Part shown: positions 13,714 through 26,198 of the stretch, in pieces | Numbering within the stretch: position 1 is the first letter of the stretch | Layout of the letters: each line of letters begins with the position of its first letter | Source: Octopus sinensis | Taxonomy: Eukaryota | DNA length: 64,000 bases | Assembly (NCBI RefSeq): GCF_006345805.1 | Contig: NC_043005.1 | Coordinates: 81,282,001 to 81,346,000, forward strand | Reading direction: 5' to 3' | The notes under the pieces: model-generated | What the model was told of the DNA's origin: nothing | The model's database searches: none | What the model saw: only the letters and a program-made list of their open reading frames with translations | Program-made: the position numbers and the translations under genes

Positions 13714-13765
13714 AAATACAATATTCACACACACACACAAATATATTATATTCTTCCGTTAAGTT

Positions 13766-14112
13766 GAAGGCATATGGCACAGTGGTTAGAGCGTCAAGCT
13801 CACAATAACGAAGTAGTGTGTTTCCCAGACCGGTTTGTGTGTCGTGTTCTTGAGGAAGACATTTATTTCACGTTGCTGCAGTTCACTCAGCTGTAGAAAT
13901 GAGTTGCGACGTTACTGGTGCAAAGCTGTATCGGTCTTTGCTCTTCCCTCGGATAACATCAGTGGCGTGAAGTGGAGAGGCGTGACGAGGCATGGGCGAC
14001 TGCTGGTCTTCCATAAACAATTTTACTCCGACTTGTGCCTCGGAGGGGAACCTTTCTAGGTGAAATCCCTTGGTTATTCATGACTGAAGAGCGTTTTTAT
14101 CCATTACCCTGT
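13766..14112 (+). mobile_element. tRNA-derived SINE (CORE-like body C, tail T4)
   Basis: A-box TGGCACAGTGG; body GTGTTCTTGAGGAAGACATTTATTTCACGTTGC...CTCAGCTGTAGAAATGAG; TSD CCGT(T/G)AAGTT at 13756-13765 / 14114-14123; homologue at 61872-62200. Confidence 0.85.
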
Positions 14113-14410
14113 ACCGTGAAGTTAGGATCAACAAAAAGCGAACTCCATATAGTGAGGGATAAATATCATTTAATGCACACATATTTAAAATGAGGGCTTC
14201 TAATAGTTCCTCATCGTAGAGATACATTAAGATTAGGTAGAATTATATACATCTGCTTCATCTCAGTGTCTTTATTGTCTGAAACTATTAATAGCTCTTA
14301 ATTTAAAATGCCGAATGCAAAAAAATTACACACACACACATACACCCTCCCACACACATATATATATGTACACACACACACATACACCCTCCCACATACA
14401 TATATATATA

Positions 14411-14543
14411 CGGGATAGGCTTCTTTCAATTTCCTTCAACCAAATCTACTCACATGACATTGTTCGGAACGAGGCTATAGAGGGAGACACCCAGAACCAC
14501 GTGGTTGAGAAGCTAGCTTCTTCCTACACAACCACATCCACGT
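14411..14543 (-). mobile_element. Decayed family-A SINE, 5' part
   Basis: CCAAATCTACTCAC...GAGGCTATAG...ACCACGTGGTTG similar to the family-A head. Confidence 0.6.
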
Positions 14544-15840
14544 CTCTCTCTCTCTCTCTCTACATATATATATATATATGTATATAGTGATCGTGTCTCT
14601 CTTTATTTCTGTTTCTTTTCCCAGTGCAAATATATTATTCAATGTATTTTAACATGCAAGCAATATGTATATTTAAAATATATTTGATTATCCTTTTACA
14701 TGTGGCTAATTTATGAAAAACATAACGATATATAAGATGTTTTTATATAAGTCAATTTGTAAGATTTTTACCCGATTTTTAACCATTAAATTTTTTCAAA
14801 AATATGATCGATAATATCGAGTGATAAAGACTATTTTCTTATTTAATTCATTGTACATACACACACACACACACAACATATACATATATATAAGCATACA
14901 TATATAATATACATGTGTTTGTGCGTGTGTGTGTGTGTGTGCATATGCATACAAACCCGCATGCAAGCGTATACACACATATGTACACACACGCACATAT
15001 ACATATTTATAGACACTTTCTTGAAGATTTCCATTGCAATTTTTCATATTTCATTTTAATACTGAATATAAATTGCATTATTGAGAAGAATAAATAAACT
15101 CAAACTGTAAAAGAAATATGAAATAATTTCAGAAAAATTAATTTTATGTTCTTCTTTTTAATAGTATTTAATGAATATTGTGGAGATAGAGTGAGCAAAT
15201 GGTTTTAGTTATAGGGAAAATATATGGGTCACGAATTAAAAAAAAAACTTGCGGTTGCTCTGGTTCTTTTACAATATAATATGAAAAGCTTTCCTGTCTT
15301 TCTATTCCGTTCTTTCTTGAAGCATAATGCACGTGTATTCATTTGCCACTGTTTCGTACTATCTAATGTTCTGCACAGCAAAGGTAGTAGAATTAATACA
15401 ATATAGAGTTCGCTGTTGCTGTCAGTAGTATGAATGGCTTTAAGGTGATATCTAAATCGGTTTGAGATTTGTTTTCTTTTCTAATATATCTAAGATTATA
15501 CATGCAGCAAAACACTTGATCTGCATGCCTTGCACCGCTTTAATCAAAACGGCTATCAAGTAACTAACTCTCTATGTATTATATATTTCCCTGAGTATAT
15601 ACAAGAACGAGAAACTAAATCCATCTCAAATGAAACTCTTTAGAGTTAAAACATGGAATCATATTTAGGTGCAGGCATGATTGCGCATTGAAGAATTTTG
15701 CTTTGCAACGGAATGGTTATAGTCTCCATCCCTTGCACGGCAGGTTGAGCAAATGCTTTCTAACACAATTAAGAGCAGGCCCATGTCTTGTGAGTTAATT
15801 TGGTAGACGGAAGCTGTGTAGAAGCTAATCGTGTATGTGT

Positions 15841-15880
15841 GTCTTTCTGTTGAAGAGCGTAGGCTCGAAACGTAAAAGAC
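15841..15880 (+). ncRNA. Minimal type I hammerhead-ribozyme-like motif with A6U core variant
   Basis: GTCTTT (stem I)-CTGTTGA-A-GAGC GTAG GCTC (stem II)-GAAA-CG-TA-AAAGAC (stem I'); palindromic ACGT stem III; GUA cleavage triplet. Confidence 0.65.
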
Positions 15881-15975
15881 TTGTTTTATTTATATTCCTG
15901 AGCGGCATACTAATACAATTGTTTGTTTGTATTCCACCTGCCTTCGTCTTTTGTTTATATTCATAAAGCTTCCCG

Positions 15976-16031
<56 letters not shown>

Positions 16032-16197
16032 ATAAGATCGATATTTAAATATCGACCTTATCAAGTGGCCAGCATGGGAATAAAAACCTTACAAAGGTAA
16101 TAATTATTTGAAATTATAATTTAGGGTGTCTGAGATATACCACCATGCTGAAATAGCAGTCAAAACCTGACCCTAAAGCCACATTAAATGTTATATA

Positions 16198-16429
16198 TCG
16201 TAACCCCTCGACTATCGCGGGTTGTACGTCCCAATACACCCCGCGATAGGCGTAAATCCGTGAAGTAGAAGCAGTACTGTGCATTGCTTTTGTTTTATTT
16301 TAAACTTTGTATGCATTTATTTTATTATAAATGCAAAACAACGACACGTTGGATTCTACGGAAGCTTAAGTAATAAGCCGCAATAGGTTAACTGCAATGT
16401 GTGAACCACGATATGGTGAGGGATTACTG
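16198..16429. mobile_element. Non-autonomous Tigger/pogo-like DNA transposon (MITE)
   Basis: Terminal inverted repeats GTAACCCCTCGACTATCGCG / CACGATATGGTGAGGGATTACTG. Confidence 0.75.
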
Positions 16430-17092
16430 CGTTTGTGTGAGTGTGTATATATATATATATATATATGCACACACACACGTGTGTGTGTGTTTTGTGTGCG
16501 TGTAAGTGTATTTCTTTGTGCTTGTCCCACCACATCTTAACAACCGGTACAGGTTTTGTATGTTCCTTTAACTTAGCAGTTTAGCGCTAAGAGTACGATA
16601 AAATAAATGCCAGAGTGAAAAGTTAAGATATTGGGATCGATTTATTCGACTAAACACTTTAACAATGTGTCCCAACATGGTCACTGTATAATAGCTGAAA
16701 TTAGAAAAAGACAAATGATTGTTTCATATATTTCGAGGTTTAAGACACCGAGAAATTAAGTCTATCACAAATGAAATATTTATATCTATAGTTGTGCACA
16801 TTGTGGTCAGACGTGGGAGATAAACTACAGCAACAATCTTCTTTATGCAACAACATATTCCACGTAGAAATATTTTCTCAGAAAATGTCCATTTTCAGAT
16901 GGACACATTCATACAATTTCTATAACTAATTTCTTAATACCCCGGATAATAATCAACGGATCGACGCACGCTTCTCTGTTCGAAATACTTTCCTGTACCT
17001 TTAGTTCACCATTATTAACTTGGTTGTATTTACTATGAACATATGAGCATTCAATATTTCTTTCTTCAGCACTTCACTTTTCCTTCTTGCGT

Positions 17093-17135
17093 ATATTTCG
17101 TGGAAGAGGAATTCCTCGAAACGTCGATAAAATAT
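17093..17135 (+). ncRNA. Degenerate hammerhead-like motif (same class as 15841)
   Basis: C-GTGGA-A-GAGG AATT CCTC-GAAA-CG-TC. Confidence 0.4.
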
Positions 17136-17943
17136 GTTTTTCTCCGTACATAATATACAGAATTAGTTATTTATTATAGATACTTTTGTGTATTTTTATT
17201 TCTAGTCATTTGCGATCAAGATAAAGAATATGTATGCGCTCCTATTTCAATAGGTACGGAATGCTAAAAAATTTCATTTTTAAGCACGTCATAGAAGCTA
17301 ATTACAGAGAAATTATCGTTTCTCTACAAAGTTATAATAACGTTATTTCTTAAACAAAACAAATGATAATGCAACAATTACACATGCATACAAAATATAT
17401 AAATTGGCGACATAATGTCCTGCACTAACACATGCATGTATTTTAAATAGAACTTAATTTTGTATAGTTGTTTATGAACGAGTAATCAGTAAATACATCA
17501 ACAAGTTTGAAATTTTACAAATGTTTTTTTTCCTTACATGTAATAAGTCTTTCTTGTTTCCATAATGTTACGGTGGTATATTTCCACCGCTATATCTTTT
17601 TGGAGGTTTAGTTTTGAGACTTTATTGTGAATGTACTTATGATGTACGTTATGAACGTTCTTTTCGTATTTCTTAGAATTTTACTAAATTAATTTCGAAA
17701 CACTTCAACGATAGCATCGATAATAGTGTTGGAAAAACAAATTTACAAAAAACATATAGATAAACTAACACACACACACACCTTAATTTCTCTTGGAGAA
17801 CAGGTAAGGAATGCATACTCGGCAAACAACTAGGCTACCATAGACCAGCATAGAGACACTCACATATACGCAAGTACACGTGTGTGTGTTTATGTATTGT
17901 CTTTGTGTGAAAGTAAGTATACATACATACATTCACTATATAC

Positions 17944-18011
<68 letters not shown>

Positions 18012-18469
18012 AGTTTTGCTATCCATAGGAGCGAAAAGGCAGGTAAGGCTATGTACACTACAAGATCCCTTTGAATGGACAGCACATGGCATTAATATCT
18101 ATATTCTATCCATTTATAATAACGAAATATGAACTCCTATCGGAATTTAGGAACCATGGACGAGAAGCTCCTTCACCCATTTGACACAGTACATTCGTTG
18201 GTAATGAAACTGCAACTGTAACATCCAACAAATATTTTCATTTATATATATTTTCCTTTATACTTCCTATATCTCTTCGTTCCACAATAACTTCTTATAG
18301 TGAACTCTACTAGTTCCTTCTATTTAACTCTCTCATATCGTCTCGCATGATGGGATTTCCTTTATATCCCTGACACAGCAGTAAGACTACCTCTCTTTTT
18401 ATAAATGCCCTAAAAATTGTACACTGCCTTGGCTTTGATGTCTCGTTTTATTCAACATATATATACATA

Positions 18470-18900
18470 TATATATAAGTTCAGTAAAATTTAGATTCAG
18501 ATGAATATGGTACTTAACTTAAAAACACCAGAATTTTGTATGGTATTATTCATATAAATCAAATGGGGTGATTATAATCAAAATAAGCAACAAGGATATC
18601 CAAGGTAGACTAGTACAATTGTTTCATGCTATTTCATTTTATTAAACCCTGTCAGTATTTCATCAGTTTTAAAATGTCGCGCAATCTTCAGCCACATATA
18701 GAATTTTTCAATTAAACGGACAATGCACATTTTTATACTTATTTCATTTGCCAACATTGCAAAGAGGGTAGATATATAGATAAAAAGGTTAATTTCATCA
18801 TTAAGAACATGATGGTTGTATGTTCATTCTCCGTCTGTAGATTTCATCACTAAGTTCACTTTGTTATTTAGATCTATCAGTAGGGATAGTTTTTTTTATT
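18470..18900 (-). mobile_element. Penelope-like element 3' end/pLTR with extended-stem-II hammerhead motif (18611-18693)
   Basis: Reverse complement CTGAAGA-TTGC...GCAT-GAAA-CAATTG-TA; upstream LNNKVNLVMK resembles the PLE C-terminal LNxRxELxxKC motif; homologous copy at 61062-61420. Confidence 0.65.
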
Positions 18901-18906
18901 CTTGGT

Positions 18907-18944
<38 letters not shown>

Positions 18945-19492
18945 ATATACACATGTATATAGGGTCTATACATGGGGGTATACTTACTAGCTGATATGCC
19001 TATGGGGGCATTCCATATATTTCAATTAGCATATATATATACGCGGATAGCCTTGTATTGCAAAGTCTCTATATTTGAAGAAACCATGAACTACAATATA
19101 AAGTACATGAAACAGCATCAAGACTAATGGAAGGCAGTAAATATAATAACAAGTCACTACATATAGAAATAGCTTCGATACTTTTCATTTACATTCGTAT
19201 AAAGCCCTTCACTTATATTACAAAAGTTTATTTCATTTTTCTGTATCACTGGAAACAATGCATTAATGTTTTCTCGGTTATTTTGACAGGTAATATTATA
19301 TTGTACTGTGGAGCATTGCTTTAATGGTAAAGTAATACATGCACACCACTCAAGAACATACGATAAGCGAGCTGTGTTTTTTGTGTATATGCTGAAGAGT
19401 ATGATTGCCAGGGTACAACTGCGTCAATAACTGAACACTAAATTGTACAAATTCGATTTTTTCTTTATTCTTCAGGGAGTGTGTGCTGTACT

Positions 19493-19543
<51 letters not shown>

Positions 19544-19789
19544 TGTGTGTGTGTGTTATGTGTGTGTCTGTGTATCGCAGCAGAGAATATCAATTGTATA
19601 CGTATACACATGCTTAACAATATATGTATATGTAATGAGAAATATGTATACTTTCTTCATCCCCCCTCTCTCTCTCTATCAAGCTATCTATTTCTCACTC
19701 TATCTTTCTCTACCACTCTATATATCTATTTATCTATATATGAATTTGTATGTATGTATTTCATATATGTGTGTGTGTAGCTAGCTAGA

Positions 19790-19925
19790 AGATAGATAGA
19801 TGGATAAGTGGATAGATAGATAGGTGGATAGATGGATGGATGGTCGGATAGATATGTAGATAGACAGTTATATATACAGATAGATAGATAGAGAGAAAGA
19901 GAGATGGATGGATGGATAGATAGAT
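19790..19925. repeat. (GATA)n/(GATG)n microsatellite
   Basis: Directly visible. Confidence 0.9.
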
Positions 19926-20284
19926 ATAATAATAAAACTGAGATGCCTGGCACGAAAAATAGAGGTAAAAATCAGGAGATCTCCGACATGAATTTATTGC
20001 AAGTTTTTCTTTACGGCTCTTCATAATGAAAGCATACACATTACGGTGTGTTTTTGATTTTTAATATTTCTGTAGCTAGCTAAATAAATACAACGCAAAT
20101 AAATTAGTAACACGTTGGTATTAGTTTAATGTAGTTTATACCACATACCATAAATATTTCTGCCCGTTATCACTAGGATAATAAAATCCCATTATTCGTT
20201 TGGCTGTATTGGTGGATTACAAATGAAAACTAGAAGCTTTGACCTATTCGCCTAAATGCATCTCTCTCTTTCTCTCTCTGTAAA

Positions 20285-20313
20285 TATATATATATATATG
20301 TGTGTGTGTGTAT

Positions 20314-20364
<51 letters not shown>

Positions 20365-20482
20365 ACATATACATGTGTGTATATATATATATATGTTACA
20401 TATACATGTGTGTATATATATATATATGTTACATATACATATGTGTGTATATATATGTATATATATGTTACATATACATATG

Positions 20483-20520
<38 letters not shown>

Positions 20521-20556
20521 TATGTATAATATATATGTTACATATACATATGTGTG

Positions 20557-20608
<52 letters not shown>

Positions 20609-21136
20609 TGATTGATTGATTGATTCTAGTTTCAGCTCATGAGCTGTGGCCATGCTGGGGCACCGCCATTTGGTGTTGCTACTTGGTTTTACTTCACGAA
20701 AGCTTTTTAGCAACTGCCATTTGGTGCATGAGAGAGTTCGATGCAGCTACCCTCATCTGCACCTCCTGCCGTGACGTTGGTTCATCTGGGACACCTGACA
20801 AGAAGAGATCCAGTTTCATTTTAAAGACATCTGCATCCACCCCATGCAGGTCTCTCAGGTTCTTTCAGGTTATATATATGTTACATATACATATGTGCAT
20901 ATATATATATATGTATAATATATATATGTTACATATACATATGTGTGCATATATATATATATGTATAATATATATATGTTACATATACATATGTGTGTAT
21001 ATATATATATGCATAATATATATATGTATAATATACATATGTGTGTATATATATATGTGTATAATATATATATGTTACATATACATATGTGTGTGTATAT
21101 ATATATATGTATAATATATATATATGTTACATATAC

Positions 21137-21190
<54 letters not shown>
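20285..21190. repeat. TA-based minisatellite (ATATGTTACATATACATATGTG core) interrupted by a LINE fragment
   Basis: Repeated core on both sides of 20605-20870. Confidence 0.9.
20605..20870 (-). mobile_element. 5'-truncated CR1/L2-group LINE 3' end with (ATCA)n tail
   Basis: Reads NLRDLHGVDADVFKMKLDLFLSGVPDEPTSRQEVQMRVAASNSLMHQMAVAKKLS*, then 3' UTR GGCGGTGCCCCAGCATGGCCACAGCTCATGAGCTGAAACTAGA(ATCA)n. Confidence 0.85.
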
Positions 21191-21191
21191 G

Positions 21192-21395
21192 CTCTTTTAC
21201 TCTTCTTTGTCTCAGTCATTTCACTGTGGTCATGATGGAGCACCGCCTTTAGTCGAGCAAATCGACCCCATGACTTATTCTTTGTAAGCGGTCTCTTTTG
21301 CCGAAGCGCTAATTTACGGGGACATAAGCGCACCACCATCGGTTGTCAAGCGATCTTGGGTGGACAGACACAGACACACAAACATATACTCACAC
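21192..21395 (-). mobile_element. Family-A SINE, 3' half
   Basis: GAGCACCGCCTTTAGTCGAGCAAATCGACCCC...CATCGGTTGTCAAGCG. Confidence 0.85.
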
Positions 21396-22381
21396 ACACA
21401 CGCACACACGTATATATATATATATATATGTATATATATACATGCACAAATGCACATACACATATATATATTGGAGAAATAAGAAGAGGACTATTGCAGT
21501 GGAAAATAGTAAGAAAATATATACATTTTTAACTCAGCAGCTACTGGTTTCGGTCGTTTTATACAACCTAGATTCATCTTTTGTAGTTTCTTGAGGTTTC
21601 CATATTCTCTTATAGAGATCACATGTTACTGTAGAACGTTTCGTTGTGATTGTGCCTAGTTGGCAATGATTTCCGGTAAATAAAAGTAATAGCATGTATA
21701 TCTGTTGCTGACGGGTGGGAGGAGACACAGTAGTAGTGTCCGTTACATTGTTCTATTTTTTATGATGTTTGTTCCCTCTCCCGGTTAATGGGAGTGATAG
21801 CAAGGGGCTCTATTTGTGGTGGGTGGAGGAATCCCACAACACTAAGGGTCCCCAGTGGCCTTTGGCACTCTTTCATCTCTTACGTTGTGGCCTATAGTAG
21901 TCGTCCATATATAACCCAGCAGTATTAGTGGACTTGGCCCCAGTGAGGTTTGCAGTATAGATGGAAACAGCTATAAGCCACCACCATCACTACTAGTAAT
22001 TACACGAAAAACTGTTCTAAACCTCGAAAATCTTACCTGTCGCAACTAGTAATATTATCCCTCCTTCGACTACCAACAGACCTACCGGCTGCAAAGTTAA
22101 TTAACCGGGCGTCCCTGCCAACTGGTAAGAATCAGAACGTAAAGAAATAAGACTCCGCATCATCTCTATACGAAAACATGTGAACTTCTAAAACTGATAC
22201 TGTGCAGGATGAATTTACCTTTGCTTCTTTCAATTTTTTCCTTCTGAAGAAAAAGTCGTCTAAAATCATGAAGTCATCTCAAAGTGAACGAAACTGTGGT
22301 AATGTCCTCTAACATTTTGTTCTTATTTTTTCAATACATATCTACACGTGTGAAACCGCTAAATGTTAACAATCATATATA

Positions 22382-22788
22382 GGCGCAGGAGTGGCTGTGT
22401 GGTAACTAGCTTGCTAACCAACCACATGGTTGCGGGTTCAGTCCCACTGCGTGGCATCTTGGGCAAGTGTCTTCTGCTATAGCCCCGGGCCGACCAATGC
22501 CTTGTGAGTGGATTTGGTAGACGGAAACTGAAAGAAGCATGTCGTAAATATGTATATATATATATATATATGTGTGTTTGTGTGTCTGTGTTTGTCCCCC
22601 TAGCATTGCTTGACAACCGATGCTGGTGTGTTTACGTTCCCGTCACTTAGCGGTTCGGCAAAAGAGAGCGATAGAATAAGTACTGGGCTTACAAAGAATA
22701 AGTCCCGGGGTCGAATTGCTCGACTAAAGGCGGTGCTCCAACATGGCTGAAGTCAAATGACTGAAACAAGTAAAAGAATAAAAGAATA
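22382..22788 (+). mobile_element. SINE family A, full length
   Basis: tRNA-like head (TGGCTGTGTGG; GGTTCAGTCCC), CORE-like TCTTGGGCAAGTG, internal (TA)/(TG) tract, tail GACTGAAACAAG(TAAAAGAA)2. Confidence 0.93.
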
Positions 22789-23059
22789 TACATATATATA
22801 TATGAAGAGCAAAATAGCTAGTTCTAAAACCTCTGAAAGAGATATAAGTAGTAACAATAGTGGACGATAACGTTTCTTTGCCAGTCTAGCATGGCTGTTC
22901 TATAAACAACTATGTTACTACGTCTTAACTCCTGGTAAACGTCATTTCCAGCTGGTTTGTGTGGCGTTAACCAGCTAGAATAGACGTTTCCTGGAATTAA
23001 AATGTAGTAACATATTTCTTTATAAGACAGTTATGTGGTAAGATACATTACTTTTCATC

Positions 23060-23230
23060 ATGATCGCTAGTCCCTAAACCTTTTTTTTTATTTTCTCTCC
23101 CTGTTTATTTCTGTGTCCCTTTCTGTCAAAGTGCGTAGGCACGAAACGTAAAAGACTTTCTCACTTCTCGAGCGTTAAATCTGTTTGTTGTTTACACACC
23201 TGACTTCTGCTTTTTTGAAAATTTTACACA
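23060..23230 (+). mobile_element. Hammerhead-bearing repeat copy (motif 23115-23156)
   Basis: GTCCCTTT-CTGTCAA-A-GTGC GTAG GCAC-GAAA-CG-TA-AAAGAC plus the shared downstream sequence. Confidence 0.7.
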
Positions 23231-23459
23231 CCTGACTTTTGCTTTTTTGAAAATTATCACTATGTGTGTGTGTATGTGTGTGCGTGCGTCTGTCCGTGTA
23301 TGTGTCTATGTGTGCGTGTGTAAGAGTGTGTATGTGTGTGTTTCTTTGTGGGTACATGTGTGTGCATGTATGTGTGTGTATTTATGTGTGTATTAATGTA
23401 TGCGGGCCTGTATGTATGTATGCATGCGTCTATATATGTTTGCGTGTATATTATTCCTC

Positions 23460-23720
23460 TTTCCCTGGCTACCCACTATGAGAACTTTCAAAGTATTTGA
23501 TCGATGAATGCATCCAAGGAGTTTTACTACAGTTAAATGATGCGAAGTTACAAGTCTGCTCCTCAAGAACAGTTCTAATATTTCCAACGCGACATAACAC
23601 GAAATTTGTCCGTCATATTAGCCGTACAATTCTTTGGTCTAACCAAAACTCTATTACAAGTAACATCTCAATAACCTGTCTTGTGGTAGATTTGAACTTC
23701 TCAAACTCTCGACCATAGAG
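23460..23720 (-). pseudogene. RTE-clade LINE RT C-terminal fragment
   Basis: LYGRE...IEFWLDQRIVRLI* ... LLGCIHRSNTLKVLIVGSQGKR resembles RTE LLYGxExW...EMWxxRRILRISW...GHxxR...GKR. Confidence 0.5.
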
Positions 23721-26198
23721 TTGTTTCTATGTTCATTATTTATCTTATTTTGTGTGATATGTAAAATTACTTTTTAGAGGTCAAATTTAACGAAACAACT
23801 AACGTCAAAGTTTTGGATCGGAGTCAATCAATGATACTCAACACAATGAAAATTGCCATTGCAGCGGAATAAACTTAATCAATTTTTTGCAATATATTTT
23901 CGCAGTATATATTATCACTTTTTTCTGACAAACGTGTCAATCATATTTGTATTATCCTATAATATATTGCTTTATTCGCCACTGCAACCAATCATATATT
24001 GATATTGATTCTCCTCACATCCCCTTCAAAATTAGTTTCGTGCGTAAGGAAAAGAATATCCAGTATTTTCAATAAAGATAATACTTCAGTCTGCTATATA
24101 TATATATATATATATTTATATCTCTTAGACAGTGATATTTGTATATCAATCAATCTCCCTATAGTAGTCGAAAACATACTCTACATCTTAAATTCATAAT
24201 CGCATAATACAGGACAATCAGTTTTAATCGAATATTGAGCTCAGTTTGAAAATGTGGTTTTCATTTTCAATCTTTATCTATTTGGGCCATAACAAGCTGA
24301 AATGATATCCCTATGTAAGAACTTCTATATGGGTGCTCTGTATATAAGTAGCTTTCATGTAATATGTGAGGAATAAACCATATCAAAATCCCTTCTGCAT
24401 CTATTTGTCCTTCAGAATGAAAACGGTGAGTGTTTGAATCCGTAGCACCTCACACTCGATAGAATCTTATTTTGTATTCTTCCTAATATAAACCACACAT
24501 TTATTCACATTCAGGACGTTGTATTCGATAAAATGTGTAGAAATAAAATAAAATGTTTCATTTAGGCTATTCCACCATCTCGTCTTCAATGGATGATCTT
24601 TATGTCAACGTAACAAATCAATTCACTGACCTTGCCAACTGTGGTGATTTGACTGAAACGGAAATTGTCAGGTTAAATTGCATAATAACAAATAGACTTG
24701 ATCATCGCGATCTCTAACTTCTGCAGTGGAGGCGACTACGTTGTATACCTTCACTTAACGATTTCACAAAGATATTATAAAGTAGTACAATATTTGCATT
24801 TTCGTTATCTGCATGTCTGTCAACTACGCCAGATTATAAAATGCATAGTGTACCTTGATGAAAGTGCTGCGGTTTATGGAATTGATTACTATCTTCTTCA
24901 AATTTATGGCTTTTTATTTTGATTTAAAATATATAATGACGAACTCTCAGAAAATCAAATATTTTTATGCAATTATATACATTACAATGACTCTCAAAAA
25001 TGTTTTGTGGCTAGGAGAAAATATGCAGAATATGTTACTCAAAAGCATGCCGAGTAAGATGCTCCAAAGTATCTATTTCATTTTTAATGGATCATTTCTA
25101 CGGTTGACGTACAATGTAGCTATCAGAATGAATAGGTGGTTAGAGAACTTTTGTGGCCGGACATTTCTATTGTTGTTATTTCGAAGGAAAATATCTTTGA
25201 GTAACCGGCATTTTGTTAGAGAAATCTTCAGCGTCAAGCACAATTAGATGTGTGTATGAACATTGATTTCACCTAGGCTGTGAGAGAAGGAATCGCCAGC
25301 AATCAAAGATTAGAGAATTGTCACATGCGAACGAGGAAGCTGTGATATCGTCAAGTCATTGTCCGTATCAGAAAATAATTTGAAGTTCATATAGTACGGG
25401 AAATGACATATTTCTTATAGCTGCTTACGATATAATTTGCGGTCATTTGTTATGTTCGTTACTATCCTAAATCCAAATCACGCCATTGTTGATATTGGTC
25501 GTTCCTTTACTCTGGTATTATAAGCTGGCTTCGATGTCTACCATCTGGGAGATGATGTTTTATTATAATTAGCTCAAGTATAATGAGACATTCCTATGAT
25601 CAAGTGCAATCCTGGCCGCAATTATACCACTGTTTGAAAATAACCTGTAGATGCCTCTGGGTGATACGGTTCTGGTAATTACTCAGACCCCATGAGCTCT
25701 CGGATCCGATTCCGGTCCATGACATCATGATCAGTCCTGTTTCTCCATTATCTCATGTCAACTCAAACGTTGTAATTGCAACTGGGAACGTAGCAACTGA
25801 ATAGAAGCCTATCAGATGGCTTCTAGCTTCAACACGCTGCTTCTACCTCAGAATAAGCTCTAAAGTCAACGTCTCTATTGAGTATTTTATCATTAACTGA
25901 ATATTTACTCATATACTAATTATGAGTAAATTAATATATATTCTAATTCAATGACGAAGTGCAGTTAATCAGTCAGCTGCAAAATCCATGTCAAACTGTT
26001 TGCTTAGTTTTTTTTGTATGTCTACATTAAGAAATTCTTTTATTACGATGGCAAGATGTGTTCCGACGGACATATGCTGCTATTTCTGGCCATCTTAACA
26101 AAATCATAGAAATCATATAACTGTCTTTTCACAAACTCCTATTTAAATTTCTAAGTTAGACAACGCATTTAATAGCTACATTACTTCAATTGCGTCAA

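Larger units (their letters stand above)
15667..16715 (+). mobile_element. Old family-A SINE split by nested insertions (5' half 15667-15840, 3' half ~16490-16715)
   Basis: 5' half ends TTGTGAGTTAATTTGGTAGACGGAAGCTG..GAAG; 3' half has ACAACCGG..ACTTAGCAGTT..GATCGATTTATTCGACTAAA..CCAACATGGTCAC..GCTGAAA. Confidence 0.65.
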
